DNA of 64,000 nucleotides from NCBI GenBank assembly GCA_947651825.1, contig CANTAQ010000004.1:1606-65605 (forward strand). Reading direction: 5' to 3'. Made by a program: the position numbers and the translations under genes. Shown here one piece after another: positions 50,643 through 60,581 of this stretch. The DNA comes from an uncultured Clostridium sp. Lineage in GTDB: Bacteria > Bacillota > Clostridia > TANB77 > CAG-508. How positions within the stretch are numbered: the first letter of the stretch is position 1; every line of letters begins with the position of its first letter. The notes below the pieces were generated by a model that was given only the letters and a program-made list of their open reading frames with translations, had not been told where the DNA came from and ran no database searches.

Positions 50643-51128
50643 ATGAGAATACTAGGAATTGATCCAGGATATGCAATTACAGGATATAGTATAATAGACT
50701 ATGCAGGAAATAAGTTTAAGTTAATAGATTCAGGAGCAGTAACAACAAAGGCAGGAGTATCATTCCCCCTAAGGCTTACTAAAATATATGATGATGTAGG
50801 TGAAATAATTGATAAATATAAGCCTGATGCAATATCTATAGAAGAATTGTTCTTTAATAACAATGCAAAAACTGCTATAAATGTTGCACAGGCGAGAGGA
50901 ATTGTTCTAACAGTGGGATGCAAGAAAAATATACCTACATTTGAATATACGCCATTACAAATAAAACAAGCAGTAGCAGGTTATGGTAGAGCAGATAAAA
51001 TACAAGTACAAAAAATGGTAAAAACAATTTTAAATGTTAGCGAATTACCAAAACTGGATGATACTACAGATAGTATGGCAGCAGCTATTTGTCATGCACA
51101 TTCAGCAAAATTTTCACAAAAATTATAA
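50643..51128 (+). CDS. ruvC: Holliday junction resolvase RuvC.
   Basis: MRILGIDPGYAITGY... and the catalytic-acid pattern of RuvC, 161 aa. Confidence 0.9.
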   Translation: MRILGIDPGYAITGYSIIDYAGNKFKLIDSGAVTTKAGVSFPLRLTKIYDDVGEIIDKYKPDAISIEELFFNNNAKTAINVAQARGIVLTVGCKKNIPTFEYTPLQIKQAVAGYGRADKIQVQKMVKTILNVSELPKLDDTTDSMAAAICHAHSAKFSQKL

Positions 51129-51141
51129 AAATGGAGGAACT

Positions 51142-52176
51142 ATGTTACAAGAAGAATTAGAACAGAACTTAAAAAAAGGAAATCTATCATCAATTTATTT
51201 ACTATATGGAGAAGAAGAATTTTTATTAGAAACGTGTGTAAAGAAAATAAAGAAATTATTTGGTGAATTGTTGCCAGGTATAAACTATATACAAATAGAT
51301 GATAAGAATGTTCAGAATTTAATATCAGACATAGAAACTCCAGCATTTGGATTTAACAAAAAATTAGTAATAGTAAAAAAATCTGGATTATTCAAGAAAG
51401 AAGCAAGAACGAGAAAAGGTAGTACTACCAAAACAGCAAAAAAAGCTGAAACATTACAAGAAAAAATTGCCATATACATTAAAGAAAATTTTGAAATAAT
51501 AAAAGAAACTGTTGTATTAATATTTATTGAGCAAGAAATAGATAAAAATGAATTACAAAAAGCTATTGATAAATTAGGTATTGAATGTGAATTTACAAAA
51601 CTGAAACCAGCACAAATTTCAAAAAGAATAAAAGCAATTTGTAATGCCTATAAAGTAAATATAAATGATAGTACAATACAGTATTTTATAGAGACATGTG
51701 GAACAAGTATGCTTACCTTAATAAACGAAATAAGAAAACTGATAGAATATATAGGAGAAAATGGTGAAATAACTAAAGTAGATATAGATAAATTATCTAT
51801 AAAAGAATTGGATAGTGTAATATTTGATTTGACAGATAATATAGGAAAAAAAGATATAACAAAATCATTGCAAATATTAAAAGAATTGTTATACAATAAA
51901 GAACCTATACAAAAAATATTAATAACATTATATAATCATTTTAAAAAAATTTATATGGTTATATTGGCTGAAGAATATAATATGGGAATTGCAGAAAGCT
52001 TAGATTTGAAACCAAACCAGATGTTTTTAGTTACGAAATATAAGAAACAGGCAACATATTTTAAAAAGAAAGAATTAAAAGAAATATTAAAAAAATTAAT
52101 GGAGTTAGATTATAATTCAAAACAAGGGAAAATAGATGTTAATATAGGATTAGAAGCAATATTATGCTTAATGTAA
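51142..52176 (+). CDS. holA: DNA polymerase III delta subunit.
   Basis: GGAGGAAC RBS before ATG 51142. The listed ORF start at 51034 overlaps ruvC and is not used. N-terminus NLSSIYLLYGEEEFL is typical of HolA. Confidence 0.8.
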   Translation: MLQEELEQNLKKGNLSSIYLLYGEEEFLLETCVKKIKKLFGELLPGINYIQIDDKNVQNLISDIETPAFGFNKKLVIVKKSGLFKKEARTRKGSTTKTAKKAETLQEKIAIYIKENFEIIKETVVLIFIEQEIDKNELQKAIDKLGIECEFTKLKPAQISKRIKAICNAYKVNINDSTIQYFIETCGTSMLTLINEIRKLIEYIGENGEITKVDIDKLSIKELDSVIFDLTDNIGKKDITKSLQILKELLYNKEPIQKILITLYNHFKKIYMVILAEEYNMGIAESLDLKPNQMFLVTKYKKQATYFKKKELKEILKKLMELDYNSKQGKIDVNIGLEAILCLM

Positions 52177-52188
52177 ATTACAAGATTA

Positions 52189-52232
52189 CAAGACCGAGCC
52201 CCCCCGCTTTATAGGCGGGGGGCTCGGTCTTG
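52189..52232. terminator. Bidirectional terminator between holA and the PH-domain gene: perfect 17-bp GC-rich stem.
   Basis: caagaccgagccccccg ctttatagg cggggggctcggtcttg. Confidence 0.8.
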
Positions 52233-52309
52233 TGTTTGGAAAGTTCTTAAATAAAAAAATGGAATTCTACAAATTATTGAAGTCAGGATACTGTGGACTT
52301 ATAGGGGTA

Positions 52310-52843
52310 TTACTTGCTCGGATTGAGGCTTTGCGTGAGTGCTTTGATGAACAGGTCCTGGTTTTTCAAATTCCTGAAAACAAGATTTTTATCCTTCTTT
52401 TTATCTCCTTTCGGCAGGATAATAGTCAGAGTCGAAACTCCAACAAGCTTCTGGATCAAGGACTCCTTGAAGTGATATTCCACCTCACTCGGAAGAGGAA
52501 AGACTTTTGTTTTCTTGAAGAAAAGTCCATACCGATACATAAGTGTCCCTTTTCTGAGGCGGATTTTCTTGCAGGTGGTGCGGATGCAGGAGAAGAGGGT
52601 GAGAAGCATCAGCATCAAAAAAAGGAGTCTGCAGATGGAGTAGCTGTAACCGATGAGGGGAATCTGATCCTGGTAGGTGATGATGGAGAAAAGGATTTGC
52701 GGCAACGCCACGAAGCGGAGTAGCAAAATGATGAGACTCCAGAAACCGGATTTGATGATGATAGGGATAATGCTGAAACGGAAAATCTGGGGCTTCTTGG
52801 TGGCGGGGGCTTTCTGGGTAGAACTTTCGGGATTTGTTTTCAT
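52310..52843 (-). CDS. Bacterial PH-domain (YdbS/DUF304-like) membrane protein on a GC-rich island.
   Basis: Two N-terminal TM helices then YRYGLFFKKTKVFPLPSEVEYHFKESLIQKLVGVSTLTIILPKG, matching the bPH_2 pattern. GC well above the flanks. The + strand ORF 52232..52723 is its mirror artefact. Confidence 0.6.
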   Translation of the reverse strand: MKTNPESSTQKAPATKKPQIFRFSIIPIIIKSGFWSLIILLLRFVALPQILFSIITYQDQIPLIGYSYSICRLLFLMLMLLTLFSCIRTTCKKIRLRKGTLMYRYGLFFKKTKVFPLPSEVEYHFKESLIQKLVGVSTLTIILPKGDKKKDKNLVFRNLKNQDLFIKALTQSLNPSK

Positions 52844-52957
52844 GGGGATTCCTCCTAAATTTTTAGTTTGAAATGTGCTAATGGAATTTACATAATATAA
52901 TTATATCATAAAATTGACTAGTAGTAAAATTAAAAGTCTAAATGAAATAATATTACT

Positions 52958-52993
52958 TGCAGTATAACAGATTTTATGATATAATATAAAAAG
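52958..52993 (+). promoter_or_regulatory. Candidate promoter for the small zinc-ribbon gene.
   Basis: TTGCAG, 17-nt spacer, TGaTATAAT extended -10. Confidence 0.35.
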
Positions 52994-53107
52994 TTTCGTT
53001 ATTATAAAAGAAATGTATGAATTTATTTTAACTATTTTACCTTCAAGTTTAAGATGGGTTAAGTAAATAAATTAATTCAAATCCAACCTAAAAAGGAGGT
53101 AAACAAT

Positions 53108-53275
53108 ATGGATGAAAAATATGAAGATATTACTATTAAATGTAAAGATTGTGGAAACGAATTTGTTTTTACTGCTGGTGAACAACAATTTTATTCAGAA
53201 AAAGGTTTTACAAACCAACCAGTAAGATGTCCAGAATGTAGAAAAGCAAGAAAACAACAAAAAAACAATTATTAA
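53108..53275 (+). CDS. Unlisted 55-aa zinc-ribbon protein.
   Basis: AAAAGGAGG RBS. MDEKYEDITIKCKDCGNEFVFTAGEQQFYSEKGFTNQPVRCPECRKARKQQKNNY. CxxC...CxxC within the conserved ..FxFTAGEQxFY..KGF.. small-protein family. Confidence 0.6.
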   Translation: MDEKYEDITIKCKDCGNEFVFTAGEQQFYSEKGFTNQPVRCPECRKARKQQKNNY

Positions 53276-53284
53276 TTTGAAGTA

Positions 53285-53317
53285 AAAAACGGTATTCTGT
53301 ATAGATTACCGTTTTTA
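53285..53317. terminator. Bidirectional terminator.
   Basis: aaaacggta ttctgtatagat taccgtttt, A-run to the left and T-run to the right. Confidence 0.6.
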
Positions 53318-53570
53318 AAATTTAGTTTACAATTATTTAATATTATCATTGTTTGCAAATGCTGTTTTTCACTTGCAGTACTTATAATTTTAACTTATAT
53401 TATTACAAAGAAAATCACATCTCTGATGATTAATAGATTTTAATATAAGAGAAGAGAGGGGGAGGTCAATAGAGTAAAATATGACCTTCTTTTTAAATTT
53501 GTATATTGTATGTATATTAGCTAGTCGCTTTTGATAACTTTAATCAGCTTTTAATGACTTGTCTATAAAT

Positions 53571-53605
53571 AAAAGAAAAGCAGTAATCGAAATAGATTAC
53601 CGCTT
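53571..53605 (-). terminator. Terminator of the rplM-rpsI operon (minus strand).
   Basis: Minus-strand agcggtaatc tatttc gattactgct (one G-U pair) then a T-rich tail. Confidence 0.5.
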
Positions 53606-53648
53606 TGTATATAGGTTTTTGACCATTTGCCCACCAGAGGGCTCTTTT

Positions 53649-54044
53649 TTATCTCTTTGAAAATTGTGGTGCTTTTCTGGCTTTTTTCATACCATATTTC
53701 TTTCTTTCTTTCATTCTAGCATCTCTTGTTAAGAATCCACTAGATTTTAAAATAGGTCTATATTCTGAATTTGCTTGTAATAAAGATCTTGCTATACCAT
53801 GACGAATAGCTCCTGCTTGACCACTAATTCCGCCACCTTTTACAGTACAAATAACATCAAATTTATCTAATGTATTTGTTACAGTTAAAGGTTGTTTTAC
53901 TATAACTTTAAGTGTTTCAACACCAAAATATTCATTTATATCTTTAGAGTTAATAGTAATTTTTCCATTACCATTAACTAATCTAACTCTAGCAATAGAA
54001 TTTTTTCTTCTACCTGTTCCTAATAGTGATGTTTTTTCTGCCAT
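53649..54044 (-). CDS. rpsI: 30S ribosomal protein S9.
   Basis: Conserved C-terminus [19 protein letters not shown]...[17 protein letters not shown]. Confidence 0.95.
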   Translation of the reverse strand: MAEKTSLLGTGRRKNSIARVRLVNGNGKITINSKDINEYFGVETLKVIVKQPLTVTNTLDKFDVICTVKGGGISGQAGAIRHGIARSLLQANSEYRPILKSSGFLTRDARMKERKKYGMKKARKAPQFSKR

Positions 54045-54045
54045 A

Positions 54046-54501
54046 TTATTTTACCTCCCAAACTTCTGGTTTTTGTGCTTGATTTTCATGTTCATTACCT
54101 GCATAAACTCTAAGTTTTCCAAGCATTTGTCTTCCTAATCTATTTTTTGGAAGCATTCCTTTTATAGCAAGCATCATAGCTTTTTCAGGATTATTTTGTA
54201 ACATATCTTTTGCAGAAATTTCTTTCATATTTCCTATATATCCTGTATGATGTCTATAAATTTTTTGATCTAATTTTTTTCCTGTTAATATAACATCTTT
54301 ACAATTTAAAACAATTACATGGTCACCAGTATCTACATTTGGTGTAAATGTTGGTTTATGTTTTCCTCTTAATAATTTTGCAACTTCAGCAGCCACTCTT
54401 CCTAGTGGTTTACCGCTGGCATCAATTATATACCATTTTCTTTGAATATCGCTACTTTTAGCTGAATAAGTAATATTGTTCATGGTAAATTTTTCCTCCA
54501 T
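54046..54501 (-). CDS. rplM: 50S ribosomal protein L13.
   Basis: Conserved [27 protein letters not shown]. Confidence 0.95.
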   Translation of the reverse strand: MEEKFTMNNITYSAKSSDIQRKWYIIDASGKPLGRVAAEVAKLLRGKHKPTFTPNVDTGDHVIVLNCKDVILTGKKLDQKIYRHHTGYIGNMKEISAKDMLQNNPEKAMMLAIKGMLPKNRLGRQMLGKLRVYAGNEHENQAQKPEVWEVK

Positions 54502-54637
54502 TCATAACTTAAAAATATTTATACAAATATATTTCCTAATATAAACTACCGGGCGAGGGTTTATATCAAAAAATAATATTTTTTTAATTCATACTAAACT
54601 ATTTTAATACAAAATTTAAAAAATGTCAAGCAAAGTA

Positions 54638-54666
54638 TTGACATTTATGTAAAAAAGTAGTAATAT
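54638..54666 (+). promoter_or_regulatory. SigA-type promoter of the infC-rpmI-rplT operon.
   Basis: TTGACA (54638-43), 17-nt spacer, TAATAT (54661-66). Confidence 0.5.
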
Positions 54667-54795
54667 ATATAAGGTTAAAGAAGAAGCATCCACTTCTCAC
54701 CTTTACTTATGGGAAAAGGTTATCTATTTTAAATATAATTTTAATATATAGATTATGTGGATTACTTGTTCTTTAAGAACAAGTTTTTTTTGGGG
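54667..54795 (+). promoter_or_regulatory. L20-responsive leader of infC-rpmI-rplT with an intrinsic attenuator hairpin at 54765-54791.
   Basis: Untranslated leader ending in cttgttc tttaa gaacaag plus T9 immediately before the infC start. The arrangement matches L20-mediated attenuation as described in Bacillus. Confidence 0.5.
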
Positions 54796-55317
54796 GTGAA
54801 AGATATAAAACAAGATTTATTAATCAATGAGCAAATACGTTATAAGGAAGTTCAGGTAATTGATGAACAAGGACAGAAATTAGGAAAACTACCAATTAAT
54901 GAAGCTTTAGATTTAGCAGCAAATAAAGACTTAGATTTAGTTTTAGTTTCAGGACAGAATCAAGATAATCCTGTTTGTAAGATAATGAATTATGGAAAAC
55001 ATAAATTTGAACAAGCAAAAAGAGAGAAAGAGTCTAGAAAGAAACAAAAAACTATAGAATGTAAAGAATTAAGAGTAACACCAAATATTGAAATCCATGA
55101 CTTTACCTTTAAAGCAAAAAACGCTAAAAAATTTTTAAGTGACGGAAATAAGGTAAGAATAACAGTTAGATTTAGAGGTAGAGAACTAAACTATGTAAAA
55201 ATGGGTGAAGATGTATTAAACAAATTTATAGAAGAACTAAAGGATGTGGCAACAGTTGAAAAGAAACCTTTATTAGAAGGTAAAAATATGTTTATAATAC
55301 TAGTACCTATTAAATAA
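54796..55317 (+). CDS. infC: Translation initiation factor IF-3 (non-canonical start; exact start uncertain, GTG 54796 or ATA 54805).
   Basis: QDLLINEQIRYKEVQVIDEQGQKLG and the C-terminal IF3 domain. As in other bacteria, there is no in-frame ATG after the attenuator. Confidence 0.85.
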   Translation: MKDIKQDLLINEQIRYKEVQVIDEQGQKLGKLPINEALDLAANKDLDLVLVSGQNQDNPVCKIMNYGKHKFEQAKREKESRKKQKTIECKELRVTPNIEIHDFTFKAKNAKKFLSDGNKVRITVRFRGRELNYVKMGEDVLNKFIEELKDVATVEKKPLLEGKNMFIILVPIK

Positions 55318-55346
55318 AGTAAAAATTATAAGGGGAGGAAAAAATT

Positions 55347-55550
55347 ATGCCAAAACTAAAAACAAACAAAGCAGCAAAAAAGAGATATTCTTATACAGCA
55401 TCAGGAAAAGTAAAAAGAACAAAATCAAACAGAAGACACTTATTAGCAAATAAAACAACAAGACAAAAAAAATCTGGAAAAATACAAAATGCTTATGCAG
55501 ACAAAACATGCGAAGCAGGAATAAAAAAATTATTACCATACGGAGATTAA
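55347..55550 (+). CDS. rpmI: 50S ribosomal protein L35.
   Basis: [14 protein letters not shown]..., basic, 67 aa. Confidence 0.9.
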   Translation: MPKLKTNKAAKKRYSYTASGKVKRTKSNRRHLLANKTTRQKKSGKIQNAYADKTCEAGIKKLLPYGD

Positions 55551-55570
55551 TTAAGAAGGAGGAAAATGAT

Positions 55571-55921
55571 ATGGCAAGAGTAAAAACAGCAAGAATAACA
55601 AAAAAGAAACATAAAAAAGTATTAAAACAAGCAAAAGGATATTTTGGAGCAAAAAGTATTAGATTTAGAAATGCAAATCAAGCAGTATTAAAATCAATGT
55701 CTTATGCATATGTAGGAAGAAAAGATAAAAAAAGTAATTTTAGAAAATTATGGATAACAAGAATAAATGCAGCAGCAAGACAAAACGGAACAACATATAG
55801 TAAATTAATGGCAGGTTTAAAGAAAGCTAATATATCAATAAATAGAAAAATGTTAGCAGAACTTGCAGTTACAGATAGCAAAGCATTTGCAGAATTAGTA
55901 AAAACAGCAAGCAAAGCTTAA
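55571..55921 (+). CDS. rplT: 50S ribosomal protein L20.
   Basis: [42 protein letters not shown]. Confidence 0.95.
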   Translation: MARVKTARITKKKHKKVLKQAKGYFGAKSIRFRNANQAVLKSMSYAYVGRKDKKSNFRKLWITRINAAARQNGTTYSKLMAGLKKANISINRKMLAELAVTDSKAFAELVKTASKA

Positions 55922-55929
55922 TGAGTATT

Positions 55930-55957
55930 AGAGCAGACAAGTACTGCTCTTTTTTTT
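55930..55957 (+). terminator. Operon terminator after rplT.
   Basis: agagcag acaagta ctgctct then T9. Confidence 0.75.
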
Positions 55958-55998
55958 AACTTAAAGCGATTTATGCTTGAATAAAAGGGGGAATTGCC

Positions 55999-57111
55999 AT
56001 GTACAATAAGAATAGACAGACAGAACTGCTGATAAATTTAGAAGCTATGGAGTATAATTACAAACAAATTCAAAAATTACATCCTGATAAAAAGATATTA
56101 CCAGTATTAAAAGCAAGTGGATATGGAATTGGTGCTAGAAATGTAAAGGCATTCATAGATAAATTAAATATAGATATTATAGGAACTGCATTTGTAGATG
56201 AAGGAATTACACAAAGAGAATATTTAGAGTATAATGGAGAAATTGTGGTTTTAAATCAACCAGCCAAAGAAGAGATAGAAAATATTATCAAATATGATAT
56301 TACATCAGGAGTATGCTACATAGAATTTTTACAAGAACTGAATAAAGAGGCAATAAAAGCAAATAAGATTAGAAATGTGCATATAGAGATTGAAACTGGA
56401 ATGGGAAGGACAGGAATACAAATAGAAAATTTAAAGGATTTTATAGAGAAAAGTAAGGAACTAAAAAATATTAAAATAACTGGAATATATACGCATTTTG
56501 CAGTAAGTGACACAGATTTAGAATATACTAGAAAACAAATAGAAATATTTAATAAAGCAGTAGAATATGTAAAAAGCGAGATTTCTACAATAGAATATGT
56601 ACATTGTGCAAATAGTGCAGCAATACTTAGGGTAAAAGAATTACCAGGAAATATGCTAAGACCAGGAATTATGCTATATGGATATCTTCCAGATGAACGA
56701 ATAGAGGCTAAAATTAAATTAGAACCAGCTTGTATTTTGAAATCAAAAATTTCATTTATAAAAACTGTTGAAAAAGGAACAAGTATAAGTTATGGAAGGG
56801 AATTTGTAACTGAAAGAAAATCAAAAATAGCAAATGTTCCAATAGGTTATGCAGATGGAATTAGAAGAACTTTAAGCAATAAGGGAAAAGTTGTGATAAA
56901 AGGTAATTTGGCTCCAATAGTAGGAAAAGTATGTATGGACAGTTTTATGATAGATGTTACAGATATAGATGATATAAAAATAAATGATGAAGTATATATT
57001 TGGGACAACAAAAATATAACAGTAGAAGATATAGCAAAGGACTGTGGAACAATAAATTATGAAATACTAAGTACAATATCAAATAGAGTAGTAAGAAAAA
57101 TAATGTCATAA
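55999..57111 (+). CDS. alr: Alanine racemase.
   Basis: PLP-binding VLKASGYGIGA and C-terminal VGKVCMDSFMIDVTD. Confidence 0.85.
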   Translation: MYNKNRQTELLINLEAMEYNYKQIQKLHPDKKILPVLKASGYGIGARNVKAFIDKLNIDIIGTAFVDEGITQREYLEYNGEIVVLNQPAKEEIENIIKYDITSGVCYIEFLQELNKEAIKANKIRNVHIEIETGMGRTGIQIENLKDFIEKSKELKNIKITGIYTHFAVSDTDLEYTRKQIEIFNKAVEYVKSEISTIEYVHCANSAAILRVKELPGNMLRPGIMLYGYLPDERIEAKIKLEPACILKSKISFIKTVEKGTSISYGREFVTERKSKIANVPIGYADGIRRTLSNKGKVVIKGNLAPIVGKVCMDSFMIDVTDIDDIKINDEVYIWDNKNITVEDIAKDCGTINYEILSTISNRVVRKIMS

Positions 57112-57161
57112 TATCTTGAAAAAAGAATGTAATATATGATATAGTAATGTTGGTGATAGAT

Positions 57162-58649
57162 ATGGGAAAAGGAAAAAGATATGACGAACCAAAATTAAAC
57201 ATGAAAAAAGTTTTTGGGGTTATAATTACAATAGCTGTCATAATAATGATAATAGTATCTATAAAAAAAATTTTGAAACATGAAATTGCTCCAGTGGCTG
57301 AGATAAAAAGCAAATATTATACAGTTTATTTAAATGGAAAATGGGGAGTAATAAATAATCAAGGACAAGAAGTTATTCCACTAGATAAAGATGAAATGAT
57401 AGTAGTTCCAAACAAAGAAAAAGCGATATTTTTGAGTATATATGATGTAAATGAGCAAACAGGAGAATATAAAACTTTAGCAATAAATGAAAAAAAAGAA
57501 CAAATATTTAACGAGTATGATAGAGTAGAAGTAATAGAAAACTTTGATTCCAAACAAAATATTTGGTATGAGGAGAATATTTTAAGAGTATATAAAAATG
57601 AAAAATATGGTTTAATAGATTTAGAAGGAAAAACTATATTAAACTGTGATTATGATGAGATAACATCATTAAAAAGTGTAAAAGAAAATTTTATTGTAAG
57701 ACAAAATGATAAAGTAGGCTTAGTAAATAGCAAAGGACAAGAAATTATAAAAATACAATATAAAGAGATAAAGACTTTAAAAGAAGGATATAAAAATGAA
57801 TACATAATAGTAGATGAAAATGATAATTGTGGAGTTATTAGCACAAGTGGAACGATAATATTAGAACCAGCATACAAACAAATAAAATATTTAGGAAATG
57901 CTGAAATTTATGCAGTATTAATAGATAATGTATGGACATTAATAAAGAAAAATGGAGAAGTAATAAATAATGCATATAATTATATATCAGTAAAAGGTGA
58001 GAATGTAGTAGTTGAAAAAGATGGGAAATACGGAATTATAACAACAAAAGGTGAAGAAAAAATAACTCCAACTTATGAAAGCTTAGAATATGCCTTTTCA
58101 GTATATTATATAGCAAAACAAGAAGGAAAATATGGAATTATAAATATAGACAATGAACCAATTATTCCATTTGAATATTTGAACATGTATTATGTAGAGG
58201 ATAAGAGCATTTTGATAGGAGATATAACAACAACAGAAACAGTCATTTTTGATAATAATTTGGCTCAAAAATTAAAAGGATTATTTGTATTTGAAGATGA
58301 ATATATAAAAGCAAGAATAGATGGGCAGAACAAATATTATAATTATAGGTTTGAAGAAAAACAAAATAGAGAATTATTAACAAAAAATACATTATTTGTA
58401 AGTGAAAAAGATGGAAAATATGGCTACCTAAATGTATCTGGAGAAATTGTTGTAGATTATATATATGATGATGCAAAGGAACAAAATGAGGCAGGATATG
58501 CAGCAGTGAAGAAAGATGGAAAATGGGGTTGTATAGACAGAGCAGGAAAATTAATTCTGGAACCATCTGTAAATCTAGATAATAATTTATATACTGATTT
58601 TATTGGACAATGGCATTTATCAAATGAAGGAATTTATTATACAAAATAA
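57162..58649 (+). CDS. WG/KWG-repeat protein with N-terminal TM anchor.
   Basis: More than 8 repeats of KYG(L/I)I(D/N)..G...I.P.Y after a hydrophobic N-terminal helix. Confidence 0.6.
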   Translation: MGKGKRYDEPKLNMKKVFGVIITIAVIIMIIVSIKKILKHEIAPVAEIKSKYYTVYLNGKWGVINNQGQEVIPLDKDEMIVVPNKEKAIFLSIYDVNEQTGEYKTLAINEKKEQIFNEYDRVEVIENFDSKQNIWYEENILRVYKNEKYGLIDLEGKTILNCDYDEITSLKSVKENFIVRQNDKVGLVNSKGQEIIKIQYKEIKTLKEGYKNEYIIVDENDNCGVISTSGTIILEPAYKQIKYLGNAEIYAVLIDNVWTLIKKNGEVINNAYNYISVKGENVVVEKDGKYGIITTKGEEKITPTYESLEYAFSVYYIAKQEGKYGIINIDNEPIIPFEYLNMYYVEDKSILIGDITTTETVIFDNNLAQKLKGLFVFEDEYIKARIDGQNKYYNYRFEEKQNRELLTKNTLFVSEKDGKYGYLNVSGEIVVDYIYDDAKEQNEAGYAAVKKDGKWGCIDRAGKLILEPSVNLDNNLYTDFIGQWHLSNEGIYYTK

Positions 58650-58722
58650 TATAAATAAAGTTATATATTTTAGTAAAATCTAGAATATATAACTTTAAAA
58701 TTTTAAATGGAAGGACAAGAAA

Positions 58723-59097
58723 ATGAGAGTTTTATGTGGTACAGACATAATTGAAATAGAAAGAATAAAGAAATCGATAGAACATTCTGGAGATAGGTTT
58801 ACAAATTTGGTATATACTCCAGCAGAAAAGGAATATTGCGAAAGTAGAAAAGCAGCTAAATATTATCATTATGCAGGAAGATTTGCTGCAAAAGAAGCAA
58901 TATTTAAAGCAGTGTCTGCATTATTAAAAAATAAATTTGATATAAGTTGGCATAATGCACAAGTGATAAATGATGAAAATGGAAATCCATCAGTTGAATT
59001 TATTGGAATCAGTTTTGACAACATAAAAAACATTGATATAAGTATTTCGCATTGCCATGAATATGCAGTGGCAACTGTAGTGATAACAGTGGATTGA
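58723..59097 (+). CDS. acpS: Holo-[acyl-carrier-protein] synthase.
   Basis: GTDIIEIERI and FAAKEAIFKA motifs, 124 aa. Confidence 0.85.
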   Translation: MRVLCGTDIIEIERIKKSIEHSGDRFTNLVYTPAEKEYCESRKAAKYYHYAGRFAAKEAIFKAVSALLKNKFDISWHNAQVINDENGNPSVEFIGISFDNIKNIDISISHCHEYAVATVVITVD

Positions 59098-59158
59098 TTT
59101 TATAAAAGTTTGGAAAATGCGTAACTAGTTTGATAATAAAAAAATAAAAGGAGATAAG

Positions 59159-59917
59159 ATGGAATTATTTGATAGTCATGCACACTATAATGATGAAAAA
59201 TTTGAAAATGAAATAGAAATTGTAGAAGATATATACAATTCAGGTATAACTAAATTAATAACTGCTGGATATAGTTTAGAGAGTACAAAGAAGGCAGTAG
59301 AAATAGCACATAATTATGACTTTGTATATGCTACAGCAGGAATTTCTCCAAATGATATTGATGATTTGGAAGAAAGAAATTTTGATGAAATAAGATGTTT
59401 AGCAAAAGACAGAAAAGTTGTGGCAATAGGCGAGATTGGATTAGACTATTATTGGAATAAAGAGAACAAAGAAAAGCAAAAATATGCATTTATTGAGCAA
59501 ATAAAAATAGCAAATGAACTAGATTTGCCAATAGTAATACATACTAGAGAAGCTGTAAATGATACATTAGAAATTTTAAAAACAAATAGAACAAAAGGGG
59601 TATTTCATTGCTGCCCACTTAATATTGAACTAATAAAAGAAGGGCTAAAATTAGGATTTTATATATCATTTGCAGGACCAATTACTTTTAAAAATTCAAA
59701 AAATGCAAATCAAGTAATTGAATATGTGCCACTTGAAAGGATTTTAATAGAAACAGATTCTCCATATTTAAGTCCAGAACCATTAAGAGGAACAAGAAAT
59801 GATTCAAGAAACGTGAAATATATAGCACAAAAGATTGCAGAAGTGAAAGGAATATCAACAGAAGAAGTTGCAAGAATAACATATGAAAATGCAAAAAAAA
59901 TATTCAATATAGTATAA
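59159..59917 (+). CDS. tatD: TatD-family metal-dependent DNase/hydrolase.
   Basis: FDSHAHYND...IGEIGLDYYW...ETDSPYLSP. Confidence 0.85.
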   Translation: MELFDSHAHYNDEKFENEIEIVEDIYNSGITKLITAGYSLESTKKAVEIAHNYDFVYATAGISPNDIDDLEERNFDEIRCLAKDRKVVAIGEIGLDYYWNKENKEKQKYAFIEQIKIANELDLPIVIHTREAVNDTLEILKTNRTKGVFHCCPLNIELIKEGLKLGFYISFAGPITFKNSKNANQVIEYVPLERILIETDSPYLSPEPLRGTRNDSRNVKYIAQKIAEVKGISTEEVARITYENAKKIFNIV

Positions 59918-59985
59918 TATTTGTAAGGGAAGATTAATAATTATCTGTATAAAGAAATATCTGAAAATAGTTAACAACATAGAAA

Positions 59986-60014
59986 AAGAACTCTGGACAT
60001 CCAGAGTTCTTTTG
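59986..60014. terminator. Bidirectional terminator between tatD and lemA.
   Basis: aagaactctgg acat ccagagttctt then ttt. Confidence 0.6.
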
Positions 60015-60020
60015 GTTTAA

Positions 60021-60581
60021 CTATTTATTGAAATCAACTTTAACATTTTTTCTAGCTTCTGCTGTATCAACTTGGAATAGTTCTTCTGGTTTGAAACCAA
60101 ACATATTTGCAATAATGTTTGAAGGAACTACTTCAATTTTTGTATTGTATTTTGTAGCAACATCATTGTAGAATTGTCTAGAGAATGCTATTTTATTTTC
60201 AGTATTTTGTAGTTCTTCTTGTAATTGAGAAAAGTTTTGATTAGCTTTTAAATCAGGATAGTTTTCAGAAACTGCCATAATTGTTTTTAACGCTCCAGAA
60301 AGTTCACTATCTAAATTAGACTTTTCTTTTATTGAAGATGCAGTTGCCCAAGATGTTCTAAGTGCAGTTACTTTTTCTAAAACGCTACTTTCATGTGCCA
60401 TATAACCTTTTACTGTATCTACCAAATTTGGTATTAAATCAAATCTTCTTTGCAATTGAACATCAATTTGACTCCATCCATTTCTTACTTTTTGTCTTAG
60501 TTTAACTAAATCATTATATAACTTAATTATTACTAGTACTAGTAGCACAATAATAATTAGAATAATCCATAAAGCTCCCAT
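60021..60581 (-). CDS. lemA: LemA family membrane protein.
   Basis: AGGAGG RBS before the ATG at 60581. TM helix then the LemA core LRQKVRNGWSQIDVQLQRRFDLIPNLV. Confidence 0.85.
   Translation of the reverse strand: MGALWIILIIIVLLVLVIIKLYNDLVKLRQKVRNGWSQIDVQLQRRFDLIPNLVDTVKGYMAHESSVLEKVTALRTSWATASSIKEKSNLDSELSGALKTIMAVSENYPDLKANQNFSQLQEELQNTENKIAFSRQFYNDVATKYNTKIEVVPSNIIANMFGFKPEELFQVDTAEARKNVKVDFNK

Noticed and set aside
51034-51141. Listed holA ORF start at 51034, overlapping the 3' end of ruvC.
   Set aside because: The upstream portion has no RBS and overlaps ruvC in another frame. ATG 51142 has a GGAGGAAC RBS and gives a HolA-typical N-terminus.
52232-52723. 163-aa plus-strand ORF on the GC-rich island.
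   Set aside because: It is a mirror-frame artefact of the minus-strand PH-domain gene, which has recognisable TM plus bPH motifs. GC-rich DNA commonly yields long antisense ORFs.
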